A DNA stretch of 64,000 nt. It comes from Acidobacteriota bacterium. Lineage in GTDB: Bacteria; Acidobacteriota; UBA6911; JACQSX01. The position numbers were made by a program, and so were the translations under genes. This document shows, in pieces, positions 19,874-30,407 of the stretch (its first letter is position 1; each line of letters opens with the position of its first letter). The DNA is taken from assembly GCA_016211105.1 (NCBI GenBank), contig JACQSX010000010.1, positions 212,913-276,912 on the forward strand, in the 5' to 3' direction. The notes below the pieces were generated by a model. That model did not search any database and had not been told where the DNA came from. It saw nothing but the letters and a program-made list of their open reading frames with translations.

Positions 19874-20474
19874 TAACGTTCGGCTTTTTCAGAAGAGAAT
19901 TCTTTCGAAGATCTTCCCGATGCGTGGTTATGTGTTTTGGAGCCGGGAGAATTTTTCCTTCACTGCCCGGAGGGTGAACGGCATAATCCTCTTATGACTC
20001 AACGGGACAAGCGAATTTCTGATCAACTGGTCAGACTCGTCCAGATTGTCTTCGCATTCGTGCTCGCTCATCTTCTGGGAAAAAGGGCACGTACAGATGC
20101 CTCAATCTGCGCAGCAGTAGGTCGCGCTCCTGGCAAATCGGCAAAGACGTCGCAAAACGGTCGGTCAGCAGGAGTTCTCAGCGGGACTGTCGTGATTCCT
20201 GAAAGCAACCACTCGACAAGACTCAACGCCCACATGGGATAAAAATTTTATCATGGTTCAACATGCTTGCATCCAATTCGCAGACGGTGAAATCATAGTC
20301 GGGTTATCGAATTTTCACAGAGGCACAGAGGGCAGGGCAGTTCTATACGCCTCCCCTTTTCCTCCCATTTCCGTTGTCAAAGCTTGGTAAATCTTGGTAA
20401 GATGCCGATCTGCCAAAACCGGACTAAAAGCCGTTTTTGTTAAGACTTACGAACAATTGGTAACCATTGCGCTT

Positions 20475-20545
20475 GGGTCTTCAAAACCGTTGGGTGGGCG
20501 CGAGAGCGTCCCATCGGTGGGTTCGATTCCCATGCGCCTCCGCCA
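20475..20545 (+). tRNA. partial tRNA, 3' portion only, selenocysteine-tRNA-like; possible integration-site remnant
   Basis: Anticodon-like loop CTTCAAA (UCA); variable arm GGGCGC-GAGA-GCGTCC (a GNRA hairpin); T arm GTGGG-TTCGATT-CCCAT. After the T stem come 8 nt of 3' acceptor strand, a G discriminator and CCA (GCGCCTCC-G-CCA). No complementary 5' acceptor strand or D arm is found upstream. Confidence 0.3.
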
Positions 20546-20719
20546 ATTTAAATGTGAAGAAAGCCGAAGAATGCAATTTTGTATTCCAAAAGAGCTTGAA
20601 ATAGGCTTGCGATCTGCATTTAAATACGAGTATCCGTTCTGGCCGCTGCAAGATTTTTCAGGGCAATGTGGGTGGCAAAACGAGAATTTCGTCCTCGTTT
20701 TGTTGACGGCGCAGACGTC

Positions 20720-20825
20720 CAAGAATGTCGAATGACGAACTTCGAATGTCGCATTTTCCCCGAGGCGTTACGAATTCTCACAGAACGTAGGCTGCGAGCG
20801 ACATTCGGCAGTCGACATTGGGGAG
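20720..20825 (+). promoter_or_regulatory. cluster of GAATGTCG / CGACATTC octamer repeats upstream of the WYL regulator gene; candidate operator
   Basis: GAATGTCG at 20724 and 20745, the variant GAATGACG at 20731, the inverted copy CGACATTC at 20800, and CGACATTG at 20814. Confidence 0.3.
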
Positions 20826-20946
20826 ATTTCAAGGGTGCAAGCCCGCGGCTAGCGAGTTGCCAGTCTGAAAACTTGCTCCCTTTTCGGACTGACTGCTGCA
20901 AAGCCCATTCCTGATCAGCCGGAACCATAGGCGAGGGTTTCGCTTC

Positions 20947-21987
20947 ATGCGGAACGAACAACTGATTCGCCAGTGGAAAATCCTGACGCATTTGAGCGCC
21001 TGCTCGGCGGCCGGCTACCGGCAGTTGATCGAAGCGCTGCACCCGGAGGATGCGGTCTCTCTGCGCACCCTTCAGCGGGACTTGCAGGCGCTGGAAATGG
21101 CCGGGTTTGCCTTAGAAACAGAAAGGCATGGCAAGGAGGTCTTTTGGTCGCTGCGGCTCAAACACGGGCTTCCTTTTCCAATTGAAATCCCGGAACTCAT
21201 CGCCTGCTACGCAGCCACCCTTGCGGCTCGCGTCCAAGATCTACCGGAGAGCAAGCACCTTGAGGCGCTCTGTCAGAAAATCATTGCTCCGTTGCCCTCA
21301 AAGACACGCGCGTTTCTTGAGGCGGCCAAACAGGCTTTGCTTGTCTTAGGTCCCGCCGGCTCGCCCGCTGGCGCGGCCAAGGGCAGGATAAATCAGTTCA
21401 CCCGGTGGGCCGTCGAATCCAAAACGGTAGAAATACTGTACGATTCTCTCCACAGTGGACGGCGCCGGTGGCGGCGCGTGGATCCCTACGCGATCATCAC
21501 AACTCCGTCGGGCAGTTATCTCTGGGGATATTGCCAGAGCAGTCGCCAGTTCCGCGTCTTCCACCTGGCGCGGATGCGCGAGAGTCGCCCCACGGGGGAG
21601 GTCTTCAGGAAGCTCGACGTATCCGCACCGGTGGCGTTTCAAGGGAGCTTTGAGATCTGGCAAGGAAAGCCCGAGCCTGTCTGTATCCGCTTTACCGGCC
21701 GCGCCGCCCTACTGGCGGCCGAGAAGCAATGGCATCCGTCGCAGACGATCACAAAAACACGGGACTGCCTTGACCTGCGCTTGACGGTTCATCCGGGAAA
21801 AGATTTGGAGCGCTGGATTTTGGGCTTCGGCGCGGAGGCCGAAGTGATCACGCCGGGATCCCTGCGAGAGCGAATCGCAGCCGAACTGCAGCGGGCAGCG
21901 CAGAGCTATCCTGCGCCAGTTGTGCAAAAGAAGCCGGTCAAGGCGGTCCGCTTGCGGGCGGCTGGACGCGCTCGGGCGGCAAGATAA
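20947..21987 (+). CDS. WYL-domain transcriptional regulator (HTH + WYL)
   Basis: N-terminal HTH-like region; RRVDPYAIITTPSGSYLWGYCQSSRQFRVFHLARM is a WYL-domain signature. Confidence 0.75.
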   Translation: MRNEQLIRQWKILTHLSACSAAGYRQLIEALHPEDAVSLRTLQRDLQALEMAGFALETERHGKEVFWSLRLKHGLPFPIEIPELIACYAATLAARVQDLPESKHLEALCQKIIAPLPSKTRAFLEAAKQALLVLGPAGSPAGAAKGRINQFTRWAVESKTVEILYDSLHSGRRRWRRVDPYAIITTPSGSYLWGYCQSSRQFRVFHLARMRESRPTGEVFRKLDVSAPVAFQGSFEIWQGKPEPVCIRFTGRAALLAAEKQWHPSQTITKTRDCLDLRLTVHPGKDLERWILGFGAEAEVITPGSLRERIAAELQRAAQSYPAPVVQKKPVKAVRLRAAGRARAAR

Positions 21988-22228
21988 AAAAATTTTTGGC
22001 TCGCGCGACCTGACCTGTCGTGATTGCCCCGTATAAGGGTTGAGGGCAAATAGCAAGAGTACGGCATGGAGTCGAGGGAGCGGAGCTGTGGGCGTTGGAA
22101 GATCGGCGCGGATGCGCCTGGATAGGATTTTCAAGACGAGATGTGCGGGACGAAATAGAATGGTAACGAAACCATGGAAAGCACTGATAACCGGCGCTAC
22201 TGAGACGCGACAGCAGGGTCTCGCTCCG

Positions 22229-22726
22229 ATGAAGCACACGCTCGAAGTTCTGAACGAATTGGAAAGGGCCGGCATCGTGACTCGCTATGCGATTGGCGGT
22301 GCGATGGGGGCCACCTTCTACGTGGAGCCGCTTTTGACCTTCGATCTGGACATCTTCGTGATGCTGCCGCAGACTGCGGGTGGATTGCTCACACTGGACG
22401 TGCTCTATGAAGCCTTGCGGGCACGCGGCTATGCGGAAGAAGGTGAATGCGTGAACATCGAGGGTGTGCCCGTCCAGTTCCTCCCGGCCTACAACGCCCT
22501 GCTGGTGGAGGCATTGCAAGAGGCACGCGAGAGTTTGTACGAAGAGGTGCAAACACGCGTTCTGCGGGCTGAACATTTGACGGCGATTTGTGTGCAAAGC
22601 GGCAGGGCGAAGGACCGGGAGCGGGTGCGACTCCTGCAGGAGCAGGCGGCGCTGGACATAGACTACTTGGCCGGGGTACTGGCGCGGCACGGCCTGACAG
22701 AGATGTGGCAAGAATGGACCCGGTAA
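22229..22726 (+). CDS. putative nucleotidyltransferase-fold protein (MNT-like)
   Basis: RYAIGGAMGATFYVEPLLTFDLDIFV resembles the GG...D.D minimal nucleotidyltransferase motif. Alternative upstream starts exist at 22160 and 22040. Confidence 0.35.
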   Translation: MKHTLEVLNELERAGIVTRYAIGGAMGATFYVEPLLTFDLDIFVMLPQTAGGLLTLDVLYEALRARGYAEEGECVNIEGVPVQFLPAYNALLVEALQEARESLYEEVQTRVLRAEHLTAICVQSGRAKDRERVRLLQEQAALDIDYLAGVLARHGLTEMWQEWTR

Positions 22727-22974
22727 GTCCCGAAGTCGATCGGCTCTTTGCCGCCAAGGAAGAGCGTCGCAAACGACTCGCAAGGCTTCCATTCGCCGAA
22801 AAGGTCAAGGTGGTCGTCCGGCTGCAGCAGATGGCCGTGCCGCTGCTGCGCCGGCGTGGAAGACAAGTGCGCGCATGGAATTTGGAGGAACCCCAGGGTG
22901 ATCGACCTAGGAGGCGAGTAGATGATTGAGCATGTCCATGGCGGTGGTGAAGAGCACACGCTGGTTGGGGTGGG

Positions 22975-23330
22975 GTGATGGGATCGGCGTTTGGAGAGAG
23001 GAGAGGCGAGAAGAATGTGAGCTTAGCTCGGAGCCTCGATCAAAAGATTTATTTCATTCGAGGTCACCGGGTAATGTTAGACGAGGATTGGGCCGATTTA
23101 TACGCGGTCGCGACGAAGCGGCTGAATGAACAGGTAAAGAGAAATATTGACCGTTTCCCGGAAGATTTCATGTTTCAACTGAGCGCCGAGGAATTCACAC
23201 TTTTGAGGCCGCACATTGCGACCTCAAAAGGTCGAGGTGGACGCCGAACGCTCCCTATGCGTTTACCGAGCATGGCGCAGTGATGCTGGCCAGCGTAGGA
23301 AAAAATGCCGAGCCGTGCGCGTAAGCAAGC
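22975..23330 (+). pseudogene. ORF6N-domain protein, frameshifted and C-terminally truncated
   Basis: KIYFIRGHRVMLDEDWADLY...KRNIDRFPEDFMFQL is followed by TSKGRGGRR. The expected continuation LPYAFTEHGAVMLASV is in the +1 frame near 23255, and the reading then ends early. Confidence 0.5.
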
Positions 23331-23441
23331 GGACTCTCCGCCTTTGGGGCGACACACCGATGATGCTCAATTCCGAGGTCCGCAATAGAAGCGAGTGTCC
23401 ATGCTTGCGCCAGATACTGGTGGCTCATAAGGAACTGAAGA

Positions 23442-23798
23442 TCACTGAACATCTTCCGGCGCGAGAATCTCCTCGAGAGCTGCGACCAAAGCCGGCAGAT
23501 CGCGTGAGACAACTTGCCACAGAATATCAAAGTCAACAGAGTTATAACCATGAATGAGCCGGTTGCGAAGACCTACAATCTGCGACCACGCTATTTGGGG
23601 ATACAGGGCCCAGTCCTCCTTGGGAATTCGGGCCGCTGCTTCACCCACGATTTCCACCAGACGAACAAGCGCCAGATTCAGGAGCCGATCCGAATCCAGG
23701 TCTTGGCGATTTCTCCCTTCCACAAGAGAGACTGCCTCTTTGGCGTGATCCAGCATATGGCGCAAGCGCATGATCCGATCACGCCTGCTCATACGCAA
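23442..23798 (-). CDS. hepT: HepT-type HEPN toxin (DUF86)
   Basis: RNRLIHGY Rx4-6H motif; overlaps the upstream mntA by 20 nt. Confidence 0.8.
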   Translation of the reverse strand: MRMSRRDRIMRLRHMLDHAKEAVSLVEGRNRQDLDSDRLLNLALVRLVEIVGEAAARIPKEDWALYPQIAWSQIVGLRNRLIHGYNSVDFDILWQVVSRDLPALVAALEEILAPEDVQ

Positions 23799-24075
23799 TC
23801 TCCGCTTCTCTTACCACCTGGTCGCGGAAATATGGACTTAGAAAAGGGAGTGTGTTCAGCTCCACCCTTCGACCCAAAATTTCCGAAAGCTCTTGCTCCA
23901 TCGCGAAGAATGCAAGCCCTGGAACATGCCCGGCCTCAAATTCTACCAGTACGTCCACATCGCTGTGGGGCTGGAAGTCGTCTCGAAGCACTGAGCCGAA
24001 GAAGGCCAATTTGCGAATATGGTGCTTCCGGCAGAAATCGGCGATCCTGGCTCGGTCCACGGCAATACGAACCAT
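23779..24075 (-). CDS. mntA: MntA-type nucleotidyltransferase antitoxin
   Basis: LAFFGSVLRDDFQPHSDVDVLVEF is the minimal nucleotidyltransferase GS...D.D motif. Confidence 0.8.
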   Translation of the reverse strand: MVRIAVDRARIADFCRKHHIRKLAFFGSVLRDDFQPHSDVDVLVEFEAGHVPGLAFFAMEQELSEILGRRVELNTLPFLSPYFRDQVVREAEIAYEQA

Positions 24076-24157
24076 CTTTTTCTCTTATCTCTCCCGGCGG
24101 CGCGGCCCCGACCCCACTCAATCAAAGTCACCGGCTGGGCGCGCAGGAGAATGGTAG

Positions 24158-24760
<603 letters not shown>

Positions 24761-24778
24761 CCCGAACGCGACGCCATT

Positions 24779-24890
24779 ATTACTGAACATCTTCCGGCGC
24801 GAGGATCTCTTCGAGAGCTGCGACCAGAGCAGGCAGATCGCGTCAGACAACTTGCCGCGGGAGATCAAAGTCAACAGAGTTTATAGCCAT
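24779..24890 (-). pseudogene. second copy of the hepT 3' end (fragment)
   Basis: About 90% identical to 23438-23550, which is the C-terminal coding end of hepT. Confidence 0.5.
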
Positions 24891-25185
24891 GCTATGCTAT
24901 CAGCTCAAAAATGTTGAATTTTGTTCAGCATCTTTTAAAAGATTCGCGCCAGACCGAGCCGCGCCGCGGCTCAGTCGGTTCCTTTCCGCACGCTTACGCG
25001 GCTCCGCCCGGGATTTTCACACGTTCTCAGCACCTAGTCGCGGAAATACAGACTTAGATCTTGATTTTCATCTGCCTTTCAGGATGGCAGGCTGCGCTTG
25101 GATCATGGCTACGGGGTAAGATAGCGGGTGGGCCGGCTGTTGAGTTAAACTACGTGTAGCAGATCCGCGTATAAGGAGAGATTCG

Positions 25186-25446
25186 ATGGTTGTTCGTGGT
25201 CGTGTGCAGAATGGTGTCGTGGTGCTTGAGGACGGCGTAAAGTTGCCCGATGGAACTCGCGTTACAGTCGCCCCTATAGATGAATTGGACGCGAAGAGCA
25301 CGTCCCCGCCAGCAGAAATCATGTCGGAGCAAGATCACAGGTGGTTGATCGAAGCGTTAGACCGGATTGCCTCGCTGCCTATTGAGGGACCGGACGACGG
25401 ATTCAGTGGCGCAGATCATGATCGTATATTGTACGGCAAGACATAA
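25186..25446 (+). CDS. DUF104-like (AbrB-fold) antitoxin, PIN partner type
   Basis: MVVRGRVQNGVVVLEDGVKLPDGTRVTVAPI; its stop overlaps the following vapC start (TAATG). Confidence 0.5.
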   Translation: MVVRGRVQNGVVVLEDGVKLPDGTRVTVAPIDELDAKSTSPPAEIMSEQDHRWLIEALDRIASLPIEGPDDGFSGADHDRILYGKT

Positions 25447-25535
25447 TGGTCTTCGTGGACACGAGCGCCTGTGTACACGGGGTTGAGAACGTGAGAAACA
25501 TTTGGCCATCCGAGGCGGCGAATGTGAGAACGTGA
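25446..25535 (+). pseudogene. vapC: vapC (PIN toxin) N-terminal stub, 29 codons
   Basis: Begins MVFVDTSA, the classic PIN N-terminus, then terminates after 29 aa. Confidence 0.4.
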
Positions 25536-25726
25536 GAAAAATTAGAAATCCGAGCCGCGCGCGAAGCAAGCGGCGGTGACATTGAAAGTCACCTGCTTCA
25601 AAGCGACTCCTGATGTTTCAGTACATATGAGACACTTACGGTAACATCGGTGCAGCCGACTTTCATTCTTCGCGACGCTCCATTACTGTCGCGGCCTCGG
25701 ACTGGAAGTCTTCTCTCACGTTCTGA

Positions 25727-26113
<387 letters not shown>

Positions 26114-26121
26114 AGAAGGCC

Positions 26122-26682
26122 TTGAATCGAGCTGTCAAGCGTAATATCGGGCGATTCCCCAGCGACTTCGTGTTTCAACTGACGCTTGAGGAAGCGCGTG
26201 ACTTGAGGTTCCATTTTGGCACCTCACGTTTAAGGTCACAAATTGGCAGCTCAGCATTGGGTGGGCGGCATTACCGCCCCTACGCCTTCACGGAACAAGG
26301 CATAGCGATGCTGTCCAGTGTTCTCCGCAGCAAAAGAGCCGTCCAGGTCAACATCGCCATCATGCGCACTTTCGTGAGGCTCCGCCAGATGCTGGCAAGC
26401 CACAAAGATCTCGCCCGCAAGCTGGAAGCTCTGGAGGTAAAATATAACGCTCAGTTCAAAGTGGTTTTCGATGCCATCCGCAAGCTCAAGGAGCCATCAC
26501 CGGCCCCTTCACGACGTTGGATCGGTTTTACCGACAAGGGTGAGGATAGGAATTGGCACCATTACGACGCTCAGGGAACGGCTACGTCAATCGCCATCCT
26601 GGAGACTCGTTGTGCAGTTATCGCGAGGAGGCCTCGCTGTGGTAGAGCGTGGGTCAACCGTAGGGGAAAATTTCTAAGATGA
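26122..26682 (+). CDS. ORF6N-domain protein, N-terminally truncated copy
   Basis: KRNIGRFPSDFVFQLTLEE...RHYRPYAFTEQGIAMLSSVLRSKRAVQVNIAIMRTFVRLRQM. It lacks the about 45 N-terminal residues present in the 22975 copy. Confidence 0.5.
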   Translation: MNRAVKRNIGRFPSDFVFQLTLEEARDLRFHFGTSRLRSQIGSSALGGRHYRPYAFTEQGIAMLSSVLRSKRAVQVNIAIMRTFVRLRQMLASHKDLARKLEALEVKYNAQFKVVFDAIRKLKEPSPAPSRRWIGFTDKGEDRNWHHYDAQGTATSIAILETRCAVIARRPRCGRAWVNRRGKFLR

Positions 26683-28589
26683 TTCATCAATTCGCCGAAC
26701 TTGGGGGTTTTTACCGCGAAAGTGAGGGTATAGGAAACGGCGAGAAAGATCGTCTTGCCCAGTTCGTCCAGGATCCAGCGCAGAAGTTCCGCACGCGTAC
26801 CGTCCTGCTCCTTGTATTCTCTGGCAAAGGCTTCGAGCGCGTGAAGGTTGAGGACTACGACAACAATAGGAAGCTAATCTACCTTTATCGCGGGGGCCCA
26901 CCCAATGGGTGGGACGCGACCCCCACCACTGGCTTGCAGGCGGTGAGGAAGGCCGACGAATTCGATGAAGCGGTTAGAAAGAAACTGGCCCGGCTTGCCA
27001 GGAGTATCGCCGATGCCAAGGATCATGTCGATGGGCCTTCGGAAGCAGAGAAGCCCGCGCTCGAAGTTTTGCATTCCAAGATCGACACTGCAGGTAGTGC
27101 TGGCATTTCCGTTACGGAAGAATCGGAAAGGTTAGGAGCAAAAGTTCTTGCGGCGATCAAGTCCGCTCATCCACCTGAGTCTAAGGAGGCTGCAATTCTT
27201 TCTGTCGCATGGCAGACCACGGATGGGAACATCATGCGGGTCGGTGACTTCGCGGCCTTCCAACAGGCACTAACTCGGCACGGCCAAGGGGCAGCATCGC
27301 ATAAGAAAAGCATCGAGGGCGAGGTCAAAGGCAGGGGCCAGTGCTGCATCTGCGGGAAACTGAACACAGAAGTTTCTGGATTGCTTCAAGTGCCGCAATT
27401 CAAGCTTTACACACTGGATAAACCCGGATCGGTATCAGGTGGATTCAATGCAATCGATGCTTGGCGGAACTTCCCTGCCTGCCGGGAATGTTGCGACAAA
27501 GTCGACTTCGCAGGTGAGCGGATAAAGAAGAATCTCACGTTTGATTATTACTCGACGTTTAAGTACTTGTTCCTGCCCCTGGCTGTTCGCCTGCAGCCGA
27601 CTCTCGCGTTCGACTTGCTCGACCGTCTTATCAGTGCCCGCTTTAACAAAAAAGCCGCGAAACGCCTAACAGCGGCAGAGGACGAGTTGTTTTACGTTGT
27701 CGCTCTGGAGAAGAACTTCCTGCAGGTAGATCTGCTTTTCTATCAACCTGACCCTCAGTCATTTCGCCCAGCTCTTTATATATCGGGCCTTCTGCCATCC
27801 CGTTTTCGAGCACTGTTCGACGCAAAGGATCGTGTTGATGCCCACCCTTGGTTAAACGAGCCGAGTCCCAAGGCTTTTGTACAAGGACAGTTCACGTTCG
27901 GCTCAGTTAACAGGGTCTTTCCCCACGCCCACGGCGGTAGCAATTTCGATGACGACTTCATGGAGGCCACACGAGCAGCCCTTGAGTTACGACCGTTTCC
28001 AGCGACGCGGCTGTTGCAGAGTGGCATGCGGTGGGTTCGGCAAGATTACGTTGGTGGCAAAACATGGCAATATCGACTTGCCGATCTGTTTCGTTCGATC
28101 CTCTTCTTCGAAGAACTTCTGACACTCAGTCAGCAAAGGAGTAACGCAGCTATGCAAATCGATTATGGCAAATCTCCGCAGGCCGACCGCGTTCGCGCAG
28201 TCTTGAAAAATGCAACGGGGAAGCTCAGCACCGATCCGGCGGCTCAAGCAGCCTTTTTGGTTGGCGCCTGTTGCTTTCGAATCGAGCGCCTCCAGGAATT
28301 TGCGCGCGGGTCAACGCCATTCGCTGGCAAACTCAAAGGCTTCCGCCTCAATCAGGCCGATGTCCAGCGACGACTTTTCGTTGCAGCAAAGGACAAGGCC
28401 AAAGCCTACGGTGAAGGCAAAGTCGCCGGATTGCTTGAATGCGCAGGCGCCGCTCTTATGGTGGCGCCTGAGCAGTGGCCGCTTTCGCCCGACGAAGTGT
28501 CGTACTTCTTCGCCCTTGGCCATGCCTTAGGACCGCGATTTGCCAGTGATTCCAACGAAGGCGAGAAAGCCCAAGCAGCAAAGGAGTAG
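26679..28589 (+). CDS. cas8: Cas8 large subunit (family unresolved, Cas8b-like)
   Basis: 636 aa, first gene of the cas7-cas5-cas3 operon. Internal zinc finger CCICGKLN...CRECCDK as in Cas8a/b. Confidence 0.55.
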   Translation: MIHQFAELGGFYRESEGIGNGEKDRLAQFVQDPAQKFRTRTVLLLVFSGKGFERVKVEDYDNNRKLIYLYRGGPPNGWDATPTTGLQAVRKADEFDEAVRKKLARLARSIADAKDHVDGPSEAEKPALEVLHSKIDTAGSAGISVTEESERLGAKVLAAIKSAHPPESKEAAILSVAWQTTDGNIMRVGDFAAFQQALTRHGQGAASHKKSIEGEVKGRGQCCICGKLNTEVSGLLQVPQFKLYTLDKPGSVSGGFNAIDAWRNFPACRECCDKVDFAGERIKKNLTFDYYSTFKYLFLPLAVRLQPTLAFDLLDRLISARFNKKAAKRLTAAEDELFYVVALEKNFLQVDLLFYQPDPQSFRPALYISGLLPSRFRALFDAKDRVDAHPWLNEPSPKAFVQGQFTFGSVNRVFPHAHGGSNFDDDFMEATRAALELRPFPATRLLQSGMRWVRQDYVGGKTWQYRLADLFRSILFFEELLTLSQQRSNAAMQIDYGKSPQADRVRAVLKNATGKLSTDPAAQAAFLVGACCFRIERLQEFARGSTPFAGKLKGFRLNQADVQRRLFVAAKDKAKAYGEGKVAGLLECAGAALMVAPEQWPLSPDEVSYFFALGHALGPRFASDSNEGEKAQAAKE

Positions 28590-28665
28590 CAACATGGCAA
28601 AGAGAAAATCCAGGCCAAAACGCGGTAAGGAGCCAAAGCGTTCCAGAGCCATAAGGAGAAATGCA

Positions 28666-29688
28666 ATGAACAAGTCAATAATCAAAAACCGCACCGAAAT
28701 CTTGTTCGTTTACGACATCACGGATGCCAACCCGAATGGCGATCCAAACGATGAGAACCGCCCTAGAATGGACGTCGAAACGGGACTAGCAAAGGTTTCG
28801 GATGTCCGGCTCAAACGCACCGTTCGCGATTACCTGTACGACTACTCTGGCGAGGAGATCTTCTGCCGCGAGATTGAGAAACCAGATGGCACGATCCAGG
28901 AAGGCAAAGACCGAGCTGAGGACTTCTTCGATCAGGTTGAGGAGGCCGCGAGGAAGAAGGCGAAGAACGTCCTGGAGAAGCGCAACTTGATCCAGGCGGG
29001 CGTGCTGGAGAAGTGCATTGATGTTCGGCTTTTCGGCGCCACAATTCCAGTTGGGAAAATCCCGACCAACAAGAACGAGAAGGATTCCAGTGTCACGCTC
29101 ACCGGCCCAGTGCAGTTTGCAATGGGTAGCAGTCTTCATCGCGTTGAGCCGCGATTCATCAAGGGAACGGGTGCCTTTGCTTCAGGTCAGGGTGCTCAGC
29201 AGAAGACTTTCCGGGAGGAATACGTTCTCCCCTACGCGCTCATCAGCTTCTACGGAATCGTCAACCAGCAGGCAGCCAAAACGACGGGCCTCAGCGCCGA
29301 AGATGTGGAGAGGCTTTACGAAGCGATGTGGTACGGTACAAAGAACCTGATCACACGGTCCAAGATCGGGCAGCGACCCTTGTTGCTTGTGTTGGTCGAG
29401 TACAAGACTGAGAACGCGAACTCCTACATCGGACGGTTGGACCGCTTTTTGAGTCTTTCGAAAGATAACAAGAACGGAACCGTGCCGCGCGATGAAGAGC
29501 TTCGCGAGGTTCAACAGGGCAATCTCAATCTTGAGTCGTTATCTAAAGCCATCAACTCCAGAAAAGAGAAGATCGCGAGAATACGTTTCGCTTGGGATGA
29601 GCGTCTCCCACTGTCGCACCGGCCAGCTAAGTCGAACGGAAAGTGGACGTTCCTTGGATGTCCTGCTGAAAAACTGGAGTTCGAGTAA
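28666..29688 (+). CDS. cas7: Cas7 (Cascade backbone)
   Basis: N-terminal ILFVYDITDANPNGDPNDENRPR is the canonical Cas7/Csh2 motif. AAGGAGAA RBS before ATG 28666; an alternative start at 28594 would add a basic extension. Confidence 0.8.
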   Translation: MNKSIIKNRTEILFVYDITDANPNGDPNDENRPRMDVETGLAKVSDVRLKRTVRDYLYDYSGEEIFCREIEKPDGTIQEGKDRAEDFFDQVEEAARKKAKNVLEKRNLIQAGVLEKCIDVRLFGATIPVGKIPTNKNEKDSSVTLTGPVQFAMGSSLHRVEPRFIKGTGAFASGQGAQQKTFREEYVLPYALISFYGIVNQQAAKTTGLSAEDVERLYEAMWYGTKNLITRSKIGQRPLLLVLVEYKTENANSYIGRLDRFLSLSKDNKNGTVPRDEELREVQQGNLNLESLSKAINSRKEKIARIRFAWDERLPLSHRPAKSNGKWTFLGCPAEKLEFE

Positions 29689-29690
29689 TC

Positions 29691-30407
29691 ATGCGTCGCG
29701 AGTTCGCGATCTTCGATGTAGCATCGGACATGGCCCACTTTCGGCGTCAGTATGCTATCACCACGGCGCTGACATACGTTCTGCCACCTCGAACGGCGCT
29801 TTGTGGACTCATCGGCGCAGTGCTCGGCCTGCCCAAGAACGATTCGCTGTCGTCTTTTCAGGACCGCGAGGCTGTCTTCGGCATCCAAATCGTGGAACCG
29901 ATCCGCACAGGCCATGTCTCAATCAATCTTTTGGACACAAAGGGTAGTCCGGACTTCCGTCCGAAAGCGGTAAATCCGCACACAACCATGCGCTACGAAA
30001 TCGTGAGTTCTCCGCGATACCGCATCATGTTCAGCCATGCGAAACTGGCTCAGCAGCTTGCGACATCGCTTCAGCGTGGTGAATCGCGATACACACCATG
30101 CCTGGGCTTGGCTTGGATGGTAGCTTGGTTTCCGGACGCTTGCCGCACAGTCGACGTGGAGTTAATCGAGGGCGATAATGAAGTCCGGTCTTTCGTTTCC
30201 CCGGTGCGTGCAGACGACCTTGTGGCCGACGTTCAATGGAATGCGGACAGCGTCTATCAGCGATTGCGAATGCCGGCCGAGATGCAGCCGGATCGGCTGG
30301 TCACACGCTACGAGCAGTACATAATCGACACTACCGGGCATCCCATTGAAACCGCACTGAAAGTGTATTGGAGACTGCCGGATGACACTTGCTTTTCAGC
30401 AATGTGA
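29691..30407 (+). CDS. cas5: Cas5
   Basis: FRRQYAITTALTYVLPPRTALCGLIGAVLGL is the typical Cas5 N-terminal motif. Confidence 0.8.
   Translation: MRREFAIFDVASDMAHFRRQYAITTALTYVLPPRTALCGLIGAVLGLPKNDSLSSFQDREAVFGIQIVEPIRTGHVSINLLDTKGSPDFRPKAVNPHTTMRYEIVSSPRYRIMFSHAKLAQQLATSLQRGESRYTPCLGLAWMVAWFPDACRTVDVELIEGDNEVRSFVSPVRADDLVADVQWNADSVYQRLRMPAEMQPDRLVTRYEQYIIDTTGHPIETALKVYWRLPDDTCFSAM

Noticed and set aside
19937-20242. 101-aa ORF after the GHKL gene
   Set aside because: It shows a low-complexity translation in a region that looks intergenic and contains the partial tRNA.
20190-20545. Possible tmRNA (ssrA) ending in the T-arm/CCA at 20545
   Set aside because: There is no GGGG 5' start pairing with the 3' end, no tag-peptide reading frame and no pseudoknot-like region upstream. 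The long variable-arm hairpin and the UCA loop fit a tRNA fragment better.
22040-22228. Longer N-terminal extension of the nucleotidyltransferase-like gene
   Set aside because: The extension is an Arg/Gly-rich low-complexity stretch. The conserved-looking core starts at MKHTLEVLNEL (22229).
21709-22808. Minus-strand ORFs 21709..22275, 21938..22792 and 22389..22808
   Set aside because: They are antisense to the WYL regulator and nucleotidyltransferase-like genes, Arg/Pro/His-rich, and carry no domains.
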